This document shows, in pieces, positions 1-8,231 of a stretch of DNA of 64,000 bases. The stretch lies in NCBI GenBank assembly GCA_965649205.1, contig CBFGJV010000011.1, forward strand, positions 15,455-79,454, written 5' to 3'. The notes beneath the pieces were generated by a model. It saw only the letters and a program-made list of their open reading frames with translations. It searched no databases and was not told the DNA's origin. The first letter of the stretch is position 1, and each line of letters begins with the position of its first letter. A program made the translations under genes and the position numbers. The DNA comes from a candidate division WOR-3 bacterium. Its GTDB lineage: Bacteria; Hydrothermota; Tepidihabitantia; Tepidihabitantales; Tepidihabitantaceae.

Positions 1-506
1 AACACATTACTCTTGTCGTCTTCGGAGGTGTTTTGCTCCTCATGCTGCTTTCCGGATGTCCCAGGGTGCCAAAATCTCCCGGAAATACACCCAAGGGCGC
101 CACAGTTCTTACTGGGCAGGAGAAGAGTTATGAAACATCTTCTGCGGGAGATTCTGCGGTAGTCCAGACTGCACCGGATACATTTTCGGCCAAACCCAAG
201 CTAGAACAGCAGCCGCCGTCCAAGCCCAAAGCCTTACCTCGAATGTGGGATTATGGTTCGACCAATTGCCTGCCTTGCATAGAGATGGAGAAGATACTCA
301 AACCGCTGATGTCTGAATACCAGGGTAAGGTTGATATTCGTATCATCAATGTTTATCAGGAACAACAACTGGCAAAGCAGGCAAGAATTCAGGTGATTCC
401 AACCCAGGTATTCTACGACACAGACGGCAAAGAATTGTTCCGTCACGTCGGGGTGTATCCTCGCGATTCAATCCTCGCCAAGTTCAGAGAATTCGGCTGG
501 GAGTAA
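1..506 (+). CDS. Thioredoxin-family lipoprotein (5' end runs off the window)
   Basis: Frame is open from base 3; lipobox LSGC; CLPC active site; cis-Pro motif IPT. Confidence 0.85.
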   Translation, partial: HITLVVFGGVLLLMLLSGCPRVPKSPGNTPKGATVLTGQEKSYETSSAGDSAVVQTAPDTFSAKPKLEQQPPSKPKALPRMWDYGSTNCLPCIEMEKILKPLMSEYQGKVDIRIINVYQEQQLAKQARIQVIPTQVFYDTDGKELFRHVGVYPRDSILAKFREFGWE

Positions 507-509
507 CTT

Positions 510-1682
510 ATGAAGGAACGCACTAAGTTTTTCATAATCCTCGCTGCGTTCCTGCTCTTCTATTTCCTGCCGGTGGAACATGCCCGGGTACAAGGAGCAT
601 TGCTCGAAGGTTTTCTGATGCTGCAAGATTACGCCCGGCTCCACGTGCTTCTCTGCCTGGTGCCAGCTTTTTTCATCGCTGGTGCAATCCAGAACTTCAT
701 CTCCAAGGAAGCGGTGCTCAAGTACTTCGGCCCGAAGTCAAACAAGGTGCTGGCGTATTCCGTCGCGTCGGTATCGGGCGCGATTCTCGCGGTCTGCTCC
801 TGCACCGTGCTCCCGATGTTCATGGGCATCTACTACGCAGGCGCGGGTCTGGGCGTCGCCTCGACGTTCCTCTATTCCGGCCCGGCCATCAACGTCCTTG
901 CCATTCTGATGACCGGCCGCGTGCTGGGCCTGGAGCTTGGGGCGGCACGCGCCATCGGCGCAGTTGTCTTCTCGGTAGTCATCGGACTGGGTATGGCGCT
1001 TATCTTCTTCAGGTCGGAACGCCGGCGGGCCGAAGGCGCCGGTATCGCCGGACTCTCTTCGGAAGCGGCCCGGCGCAACCTCGGCCAGAACATCCTCTAC
1101 TTCGCTGCGATGATTGCCTTCCTTGTCTTCGCCAACTGGGGCAAACCCAAAGAACCCATCGGCTTCTTCAGCGCGGTCTATTCGGTCAAGTGGTTCATCG
1201 CCGGCGCATTCCTGCTCACCACGCTCTTGATGGTCTGGCGCTGGTTTTCGGGAGACGAAAGAAAGGCCTGGGTTCAGTCAACCTGGACCTTTGCCAAGCA
1301 GATTCTACCCCTGCTCCTCGGCGGCGTCTTTGTTGCCGGGTTCCTTCTGGGTCGGCCTGGGCTGAACGCGGGCATCATTCCGGACGGCATCATCGCCAAC
1401 CTCGTCGGCGGCAACTCGCTCTGGGCCAACCTGTTTGCTTCGGTCTCGGGCGCGCTGATGTACTTCGCCACCCTGACTGAGATACCGATATTGCAGGGGC
1501 TGCTCGGCTCCGGAATGGGCAAAGGCCCGGCGCTCGCCTTGCTCCTCTCCGGCCCGGCGCTCTCCCTGCCCTCAATGATAGTCATCACCCGCACCATCGG
1601 TCCGAAGAAGGCACTTGCCTTCATCGGCCTTGTGGTAGTCCTCTCAACCCTGGCTGGCTTGGCGTATGGAGCAGTTGTATAA
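510..1682 (+). CDS. ArsP/DUF318-like permease
   Basis: Multi-TM protein with AVCSCTVLP, SGPAINV, YFATLTEIP and GPALSLP motifs; thioredoxin and DGC neighbours. Confidence 0.85.
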   Translation: MKERTKFFIILAAFLLFYFLPVEHARVQGALLEGFLMLQDYARLHVLLCLVPAFFIAGAIQNFISKEAVLKYFGPKSNKVLAYSVASVSGAILAVCSCTVLPMFMGIYYAGAGLGVASTFLYSGPAINVLAILMTGRVLGLELGAARAIGAVVFSVVIGLGMALIFFRSERRRAEGAGIAGLSSEAARRNLGQNILYFAAMIAFLVFANWGKPKEPIGFFSAVYSVKWFIAGAFLLTTLLMVWRWFSGDERKAWVQSTWTFAKQILPLLLGGVFVAGFLLGRPGLNAGIIPDGIIANLVGGNSLWANLFASVSGALMYFATLTEIPILQGLLGSGMGKGPALALLLSGPALSLPSMIVITRTIGPKKALAFIGLVVVLSTLAGLAYGAVV

Positions 1683-1688
1683 TCAGCC

Positions 1689-3404
1689 ATGATACCCAAG
1701 GCGATTCGGCGCGAACATGTCCTAAAGGCCATCGAGGAGATAGACAAGAATGGAGCGCCCGAGCACAGGAAAGCCAAGAAGTTCCATCTCCGTTTTCGGG
1801 GACAAGACTACTCGCCCAAGCTGATTCTCTCGTTGGCCAGCCGCTTCGCATGTGGCCGTGAGCTTCGCCCGTCCGAGTTCGGCGGAGGCAGGGAGACTAA
1901 CAACTTCCTGGAACGCCTTAGTTTCAAGATAACGGGCCAAGAAAAGCTTCTCCCGTCCAAAAAGAAAGCGCGACATAGCGATCGGTGTAGCGACTGCAAG
2001 AACGCCATCATCGAATTCCTGCGTCGGGCATATGGAACCGTCAAGGTTGACCACAGAATCCACGTGCCGGCGAGATTGGGTGGTTACCGTACCTATGGGT
2101 GCTACAACGCACTGAAGCGCATACACGCTGCTCTTCAGCAGTACAGGGGCCACGGTGACTTCGTAAGGCTTAGGAACTTGCACCGCTGCGATGCCTTCAT
2201 ACCCAGTGCCAACAGGGACGTTGAGTTCGACGAGTCTCAGCATTTCACGATGGCTCGGCATATCGCGCTCTCCCACTACCCGGTGGATCTGCCGCTTGGC
2301 TTCGATAAGCAGGAGTGGATGGAGTACTGTGAGAAGACCCGGGCCAGTGACCGTGACCCGGCCTTTCGTGACGAACAACGGGCCTGGTATGACACGCTAC
2401 GTGACTTCCTGCCACTGACCAAAGGGCTGAGTCCGACGCTGAGGATTAGGATGGGAGATGTCGCATGGTGCTCAATGAATCCTGAAGACCGCGACGACGC
2501 AGAGAAGTTCCGCAGTCTGCTGGGGCTGCGCAGGCTGAGTCCAGTCGGAACGGCTCCACATGACAACAAGGCAGGTGCCAGAATAGTCACGGTGGCCATC
2601 GAGTCAGAAGGTAACTACAGCTTCAAGGGCAGGCAGAAGCTGATGAAGGAAGTCCTAACGAAGATCCAGAAGGTGATCTCGGGCGATTCGAACTTGGTGG
2701 TCTTTCCCGCCGGGTTCTTTCATACCCGCCTGGAGTTACCAAGGGGACTTGAGGAGTTCACCGCATCGGCTCAGAGGATTCTTACGTCACTGGGTTCGCA
2801 GGATGTCGTCTGCTGCGGCATAGATGGACTCGGCGGAAGAGACCAGCTTGCCGTGGCGGTGAATCATGCGGATGTCCTGGCTGTCGGGCGGAAGTTCTAT
2901 CCCACCAAGGACGACCGCGCGAACAACGTCCGCCTTGCCGAAGGTTACCTTGCCCAGGAAGCCGGTCGAAGCAGAATCTTTGCAGTCGGGAACCGACGAT
3001 TCTACTTGGCCGTGTGCTACGATGTCTTTGGAATCAGAAAGAAGGGGCTGCCAAACCCGGATGTTGAAGGTATCATCGCACTGGTACATGAATTCGGCCC
3101 CAAGGGTGAAGTTGGCTCCAGTGACCCGTATTTCGCGAAGCACGGCTTCGCCGGAGCTTCGAAGCAGTGGAGGTGCCCGGTATTCGGAGCGGCCGTCTTC
3201 AGCAACAGGGCAGTTCCCGAGAGATGGCCAACAGGGGTCATCTGGAGTGAAGGAAGCAAGAGCACAAAGCAGTGGCGCTATGAGGACAACCCGATGAAGC
3301 CCAGTGCTGAAGTCCACGTCAGAGTAGGTACTGAAGATGCACTGATACGCATCTTCGATCTTCCTACCGCTGGCAGCAACAGAGCCGTGACTGAAAGGAG
3401 ATGA
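1689..3404 (+). CDS. Three-domain fusion: ScoMcrA-like N-terminal head, Vsr/PD-(D/E)XK-like nuclease, carbon-nitrogen hydrolase (nitrilase) fold
   Basis: N-term IRREHVLKAIEEID..YSPKLILSLA..FGGGRETNNFL; middle CDAFIP..VEFDESQHF..RDEQRAWYDTLRD; C-term LVVFPAG..RKFYP..VCYD. Confidence 0.65.
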   Translation: MIPKAIRREHVLKAIEEIDKNGAPEHRKAKKFHLRFRGQDYSPKLILSLASRFACGRELRPSEFGGGRETNNFLERLSFKITGQEKLLPSKKKARHSDRCSDCKNAIIEFLRRAYGTVKVDHRIHVPARLGGYRTYGCYNALKRIHAALQQYRGHGDFVRLRNLHRCDAFIPSANRDVEFDESQHFTMARHIALSHYPVDLPLGFDKQEWMEYCEKTRASDRDPAFRDEQRAWYDTLRDFLPLTKGLSPTLRIRMGDVAWCSMNPEDRDDAEKFRSLLGLRRLSPVGTAPHDNKAGARIVTVAIESEGNYSFKGRQKLMKEVLTKIQKVISGDSNLVVFPAGFFHTRLELPRGLEEFTASAQRILTSLGSQDVVCCGIDGLGGRDQLAVAVNHADVLAVGRKFYPTKDDRANNVRLAEGYLAQEAGRSRIFAVGNRRFYLAVCYDVFGIRKKGLPNPDVEGIIALVHEFGPKGEVGSSDPYFAKHGFAGASKQWRCPVFGAAVFSNRAVPERWPTGVIWSEGSKSTKQWRYEDNPMKPSAEVHVRVGTEDALIRIFDLPTAGSNRAVTERR

Positions 3405-3405
3405 C

Positions 3406-3645
3406 TTGAAAGTCCAGGTACTCGGAATCGGCTGTGCCCGATGTCAGGAACTCGAGAAGCGCGTGATGGACGTGCTTGCCGAGCTGAACATCGCGGCCGA
3501 CATTGAACACGTCAAAGACCTCAAGCTCTTCGCCTCGATGGGTGTCTTCATGACGCCCGGGCTTGTCATTGACGGGAAGGTCGCCTCTCAAGGCAAAGTG
3601 CCGTCCAAAGACGAACTGAAGAAGATGCTCGGCGCGGGCAAGTAG
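3406..3645 (+). CDS. Small redox-active disulfide protein (MTH895-like thioredoxin)
   Basis: LGIGCARC; GVFMTPGLVIDG; GKVPS; TTG start after GAAAGGAG. Confidence 0.9.
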   Translation: MKVQVLGIGCARCQELEKRVMDVLAELNIAADIEHVKDLKLFASMGVFMTPGLVIDGKVASQGKVPSKDELKKMLGAGK

Positions 3646-3647
3646 CC

Positions 3648-4046
3648 ATGGCTGGGTGTTGCACCTCGAACGAACCAAGCTGCACCTGCGGCTCGAAGGA
3701 CGTCCTGCTGCTGGCCTGCTCCGGCGGCTCGAACGTCGGACAGATTGCCAACGATGCGGCCAAGGCGCTCGACGGCTATGGCCAAGGTTCGATGTACTGC
3801 GCCATCGGCGTCGGTGCGCAACTAGAGAGTTTCGTCAAGAACGTCCGAGAGAACCCGTGCGTCGCGATTGACGGCTGTCCGGTAGCCTGCGTGCGCAAGT
3901 CATTGGAGAACGTCGGGGTGAGACCGGCGGTGCATGTGGTCGTCACCGAACTGGGCATCAAGAAGCACGGCCAGTTCGACCACACCAACGACGACATGGC
4001 CAAGGTCGTCGGCGCAGTCGTGGACGCGCTGGCGCATAAGCCATGA
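3648..4046 (+). CDS. DGC-domain putative zinc-binding protein
   Basis: ACSGGSNVGQ, MYC and IDGCPVAC motifs. Confidence 0.88.
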   Translation: MAGCCTSNEPSCTCGSKDVLLLACSGGSNVGQIANDAAKALDGYGQGSMYCAIGVGAQLESFVKNVRENPCVAIDGCPVACVRKSLENVGVRPAVHVVVTELGIKKHGQFDHTNDDMAKVVGAVVDALAHKP

Positions 4047-4300
4047 GCGCCCAACCCGACCCGCTCGTCTGCTATTGCGGCAAGGTCACGCGCGGTCGGA
4101 TCATCTCTGCCATCCGCGCCGGGGCGATATCGCTCAAGCAGATTCAGGAGACGACCGGTGCCGGCGTCGGCGACCGCTGCAAGGAACTGAACCCTAAAGG
4201 CGTCTGCTGCATTCCGGACATCCTCGCCATTCTCAAAGAGGTAACCGGCACGAAAGAGACCGGCGGCTGCACCTGCCCGCGCTGCGGCCCGAAGCGGTAG
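4043..4300 (+). CDS. BFD-like (2Fe-2S)/CopZ-associated Cys-rich protein
   Basis: VCYC..C..NPKGVCC and C-terminal CTCPRC; ATGA overlap with the DGC gene. Confidence 0.8.
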   Translation: MSAQPDPLVCYCGKVTRGRIISAIRAGAISLKQIQETTGAGVGDRCKELNPKGVCCIPDILAILKEVTGTKETGGCTCPRCGPKR

Positions 4301-4379
4301 CTGTGCCCGTACTGGCCAATCCCGATGGTTTGCAGGTCTGCCGGCTTTGCAGAGCCGCGAAGTAGGCTAGAATGTAGCT

Positions 4380-4520
4380 ATGCAAATGAAACAACCACTC
4401 TTGCTGATAATGCTTGTCGTTACTCTGCTGGCCGCATGCGGCGAGAAGAAACCCGCGGCAAGCGGCAATCCGACCGACAGTACTCCGAAACCGGTGAACC
4501 CGTGCCCTACTGGTCGTTGA
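4380..4520 (+). CDS. Small lipoprotein (46 aa; 49 aa ending at 4529 if TGA is read as Sec)
   Basis: MQMKQPLLLIMLVVTLLAAC lipobox; own promoter TTGCAG/TAGAAT 6 nt before ATG; below the ORF-track length cutoff. Confidence 0.6.
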   Translation: MQMKQPLLLIMLVVTLLAACGEKKPAASGNPTDSTPKPVNPCPTGR

Positions 4521-4629
4521 GGATACTAGCCCCGGCGCGTGTCGCCGGGCATTGAGAGAATCTGCACGAACGGTGACGCTTCTGTGAAATAGATACTCGG
4601 CTGTAGCCACAGAGAAGCTCTGCCGGACG

Positions 4630-4758
4630 ATGCTCTACGGCCTTTCCTCGGGTGCGGCACTTGCCACGGTTGTTGGCGTCCTCATCGAAGTCCCGGTGAT
4701 GCTCCTCTTGGTACGCATCTGCCTGCGCACGCGGCACTGGTTTCCGGTCCGGGCCTGA
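4630..4758 (+). pseudogene. acr3: C-terminal remnant of Acr3 arsenite efflux transporter
   Basis: [38 protein letters not shown] matches the conserved Acr3 last-TM signature; the rest of the gene is absent. Confidence 0.8.
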
Positions 4759-4785
4759 TCAGCAACACGGCTCGTCGGTGCAGAG

Positions 4786-7542
4786 CTATATCCAGCCCTT
4801 GCGCAGCAGTAACCTCTTGACTCCCTGAGTAAGTGCCAGGTATCCGACCAGAGTGAGCGCCAGCAAAGGCCAGTAGAGCAACGGCAATCGGACAAAGCCC
4901 AGCGCGCCGGCCAGGGGCGAGTAGGGCAACCAGACGCCTACGGCCATTACCGCGAGCGTAGTCAGCGTGAGCGGCGCGCTGGCCCGGCTCTGAATGAGAG
5001 GTAATCGGTTGGTGCGGATGACGTGGATTATCAGCGTCTGCGTGAGCAGCGACTCGACGAACCAGCCGGTGTGGAACAGTGCCGCCTGGGCAGGGGTCTG
5101 GCACTTGAAGATGAAGTACATCATCAGGTAAGTCGTGTAATCGAACACCGAACTGCACGGCCCGATGAGGACGATGTAGCGGGAAATGGCACTCATAGTC
5201 CAGGGCCGGGGCCTGGCTATCTGCTCGGCGTCAACCGCATCGGTGGGAATCGGGACCTGCGAGAAGTCGTAGAGCAGGTTATTGGTCAGAATCTGTATCG
5301 GCGCCATCGGCAGGAAAGGCAGCCAGGCGCTCGCGCCCAGCACGCTGAACATATTCCCGAAGTTGGAGCTCGCACCCATCCTGACGTACTTCAGAATGTT
5401 GGCGAATACTTTCCTGCCTTCCAGCACCCCTTCTTCAAGAACAAGCAGGTCCTTTTCCAGCAGGATGAGGTCGGCGGACTCCTTGGCGATGTCCACCGCG
5501 GTATCAACCGAGATGCCCACATCCGCGGCCCGCAGCGCGGGAGCGTCGTTGATGCCGTCGCCCAGAAAGCCGACCACATGCTTGCGGCTCTGCAGTGCCA
5601 TGATGATGCGTTGCTTGTGCGCGGGAGAGAGTCGCGCCATCAGGGTCGCCTGCTCGGCTGCGGCGGCAAGTTCCTCATCCGACATCGTCTCTATCTCGGG
5701 GCCGAGCAGTACGTGGTCGCCGGCGATACCCACTTCCTCGCAGATTTTCCTGCTGACCAACTGGTTGTCGCCGGTCAGCACCTTTACCGCGACGCCGTGG
5801 CGATTCAGAGTCTCGATGGCCGGGCGGGCGGTATGCTTGGGCGGGTCAAGGAACGCGACGTATCCCTTCAGCACCAGATCCTGCTCGTCGTCTTTGGTGT
5901 AGGTCTGCCTCGGCCGCAGTTCCCGGTAGGCCAGTGCCAGAACCCGGAACCCGTCGCTGCTCAGCCGCTCGTACTCCTCTTTCAGGTCATCAATCAGGAA
6001 CGCCGCCATCGGATACAGGTTGCCGTTCAATTCGTATCGCGTGCAGCGCGCAAACACCGCCTCGGGCGCACCCTTGCAGATCAGCCGATGCCGTCCGCGG
6101 GTGCTCTTGACCACGACCGACATCAGCTTGCGCTCGAAGTCAAACGGCAGTTCGTCAACTTTCACGTGTTCCCGGGCCTGCAACCGTCCGTGCTCCTCGG
6201 TATGGCGCAGGATGGCCCGGTCGAGCACGTTGCGCAGGCCGGTCTGGAAGTAGCTGTTCAGATACGCCATCTCCAGCACCGTATCGTTTTCCTGCAACCC
6301 GACGTCGCAGTGCTGTTCTAAAATCACCTCGTCCACTGTGAGCGTGCCGGTCTTGTCGGTGCACAAGACGTCCATCGCGCCCAGGTTCTGAATGGAATTG
6401 AGCCGCTTGACGATGACCCGCTTGCGGGACATGGCGAGCGCGCCCTTGGAAAGACACACGGTCACAATCATCGGCAGCATCTCCGGCGTGAGCCCGACCG
6501 CTACCGCGACGGCGAAGAAGAAGGCTCCGCCCCAGTCGTGCTTGGTCAGCCCGTTTATGACGAAAACAAGCGGAACCAGTACCACCATGAAGCGGATCAT
6601 CAGCCAGGTGAAACCGGAAACACCCTTGTCGAAACTCGTCTGCGCCCGCTGGCCGGACAGCGTGCTGCTCATCCCTCCCAGGTAGGTCCTGCGGCCTGTG
6701 GCGACGACCACGGCCGTCGCGGTGCCGCTCGCCACGCTGGTTCCCTGATAACACACGTTGCGATATTCCAGCGGAGTCGCGGCCGCGTCACCCGGCGCAA
6801 AGCGCCGGGAATCACGGGTTTCGCCCCTGAAACCCGATTCACTGCCCGCTTCAGCTCTTGCCGGGACTTCCGGGGTTTCCCCGGATTCCGGCCGAATCGG
6901 CCCTTCGCCGGTGAGGCCCGACTCGGGGCGTTGGACGCCCGGCGATTCCGTCTTTTCAACCGGCAGGGACTCTCCTGTCAGGCTGCTCTGGCTCACGAAC
7001 AGGTCCTTGGCCGTGAGCAATCTGACGTCGGCCGGAACCATATCGCCCGCCGCCAGGTTCACGACATCCCCGGGCACGAGCTCGCTCACGGGCAACTCCC
7101 GTGCCGCACCGTCACGCAGTACGTTGGCCGTGACGCGAATCATCGCCTTCAGGCGGGCCGCGGCCCGGTCGGCCCGGTACTCCTGAAGAAACCTGAGCGT
7201 TACCCCCAAGACAACCATCACCAGCATCACCATTGCGGCACGGACGTCTTTGGTCAAATACGAAATGACGGCGAGTATTGAGAGAAGTATCACCAGCGGA
7301 TTGACAAGTGACAGCCCCAGCAGACGCAGCCAGCCGAACCGGCCTTCTTCGGCCAAGACGTTGTGACCGTGCAGCCCCTGTCGGCGCGATGCCTCCTCCT
7401 GGGTGAGACCATTTGCCGATGTCTGCAGCCTGGTGTATACCTCCGCGACCGACAGTGCGGCACACTCCACCAGAAGCGGAGATACCTGGATGCGCGCCGT
7501 CGCGCGGCGGAAAAAGCTGCTGCCCCTGCCCGGCACTGCCAT
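4786..7542 (-). CDS. mgtA: Magnesium-translocating P-type ATPase
   Basis: TGES, LTPEMLP, DKTGTLT, GDGIND, SSNFGN and FHTGWFVES motifs. Confidence 0.95.
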   Translation of the reverse strand: MAVPGRGSSFFRRATARIQVSPLLVECAALSVAEVYTRLQTSANGLTQEEASRRQGLHGHNVLAEEGRFGWLRLLGLSLVNPLVILLSILAVISYLTKDVRAAMVMLVMVVLGVTLRFLQEYRADRAAARLKAMIRVTANVLRDGAARELPVSELVPGDVVNLAAGDMVPADVRLLTAKDLFVSQSSLTGESLPVEKTESPGVQRPESGLTGEGPIRPESGETPEVPARAEAGSESGFRGETRDSRRFAPGDAAATPLEYRNVCYQGTSVASGTATAVVVATGRRTYLGGMSSTLSGQRAQTSFDKGVSGFTWLMIRFMVVLVPLVFVINGLTKHDWGGAFFFAVAVAVGLTPEMLPMIVTVCLSKGALAMSRKRVIVKRLNSIQNLGAMDVLCTDKTGTLTVDEVILEQHCDVGLQENDTVLEMAYLNSYFQTGLRNVLDRAILRHTEEHGRLQAREHVKVDELPFDFERKLMSVVVKSTRGRHRLICKGAPEAVFARCTRYELNGNLYPMAAFLIDDLKEEYERLSSDGFRVLALAYRELRPRQTYTKDDEQDLVLKGYVAFLDPPKHTARPAIETLNRHGVAVKVLTGDNQLVSRKICEEVGIAGDHVLLGPEIETMSDEELAAAAEQATLMARLSPAHKQRIIMALQSRKHVVGFLGDGINDAPALRAADVGISVDTAVDIAKESADLILLEKDLLVLEEGVLEGRKVFANILKYVRMGASSNFGNMFSVLGASAWLPFLPMAPIQILTNNLLYDFSQVPIPTDAVDAEQIARPRPWTMSAISRYIVLIGPCSSVFDYTTYLMMYFIFKCQTPAQAALFHTGWFVESLLTQTLIIHVIRTNRLPLIQSRASAPLTLTTLAVMAVGVWLPYSPLAGALGFVRLPLLYWPLLALTLVGYLALTQGVKRLLLRKGWI
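6791..6940. repeat. Cluster of six short inverted repeats forming an in-frame insert in mgtA
   Basis: CCCGGCGC/GCGCCGGG, CGGGTTTC/GAAACCCG, TCCGGGG/CCCCGGA, GGCCGA/TCGGCC, CCCGA/TCGGG, GGGCG/CGCCC. Confidence 0.7.
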
Positions 7543-7543
7543 A

Positions 7544-7597
7544 CTAGAAGCGGCGGACAGGTTCTCCGGCCGGTCGTTGGTTATTGCGGTTTTTCAC
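7544..7597 (-). CDS. Putative 17-aa leader peptide upstream of mgtA (MKNRNNQRPAGEPVRRF)
   Basis: GTG 6 nt after -10 TAGACT (TTGACT-18-TAGACT); TAG ends 1 nt before the mgtA ATG. Confidence 0.5.
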   Translation of the reverse strand: MKNRNNQRPAGEPVRRF

Positions 7598-7603
7598 GCC
7601 GCC

Positions 7604-7633
7604 AGTCTAGCCTGACCTGGTGCGAGAAGTCAA
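7604..7633 (-). promoter_or_regulatory. Sigma70-like promoter for the mgtA leader
   Basis: TTGACT-N18-TAGACT. Confidence 0.55.
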
Positions 7634-7676
7634 TAGGAAATCAGCGGCCCAGGCGCCGGGCTCGCCAATCAGAACA

Positions 7677-8231
7677 CTAGCGGTCCAACTGGTTCAGCCG
7701 CGCCTGCGCCCGGTTCAGCCGCTCGTCGAGAAACCGCTCTACATCGCTGACCGCTTCCGCATCGGAGATAACTGAGAACGCCGCAGCCATTCTTCTGGTC
7801 TCCTCCAGTTGCACCTCGGCCCAGTCCAGCACCGCGGCGGACGAACCGGCCCGTCGCAGGCGTGCGACCTCGCGCAGCATCGCGCTTGCCTTGTGTTCGT
7901 ACTGGTACTGCAGACGGCGGTTCGCGGCTGCTCCCGCGGACTGGTCGGTGGAATTCGGCCTTGTTGAGGCCGTAGACGAGCGGCCGGTCGCCGTCTGGCT
8001 GATGAGTTCGCCCCAGGACTTGTGCGCGAGCATCGGCACGCCCACGGCTGTCAGAGTCAAGAGCCAGGCAACGGCCAGTCCGAGCAGCACCGCCCATCTG
8101 ACCCGAGATCCCGCGTGCGGCGCGTATTCGCCGGGCCGAGCACCGCAGGCGAAACAGAACACCTGCCCGGCCGTCATCTTCTCTCCGCAGAAAGGACAGC
8201 GGCCCTGGTCCTGACCCTCGCTCAACTTCAT
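7677..8231 (-). CDS. Zinc-ribbon single-TM hypothetical protein
   Basis: CPFCG..CFACG then a hydrophobic helix; ATG at 8231 overlaps the upstream stop (ATGA). Confidence 0.7.
   Translation of the reverse strand: MKLSEGQDQGRCPFCGEKMTAGQVFCFACGARPGEYAPHAGSRVRWAVLLGLAVAWLLTLTAVGVPMLAHKSWGELISQTATGRSSTASTRPNSTDQSAGAAANRRLQYQYEHKASAMLREVARLRRAGSSAAVLDWAEVQLEETRRMAAAFSVISDAEAVSDVERFLDERLNRAQARLNQLDR

Noticed and set aside
6157..6173. parS-like TTTCACGTG
   Set aside because: Only the core matches and the right arm is absent; inside mgtA. No convincing parS or DnaA-box cluster was seen near parAB
5023..6321. 432-aa plus-strand ORF (also 35908-36693, 45034-45891, 58199-58996)
   Set aside because: Antisense shadows of well-supported genes with no recognisable motifs
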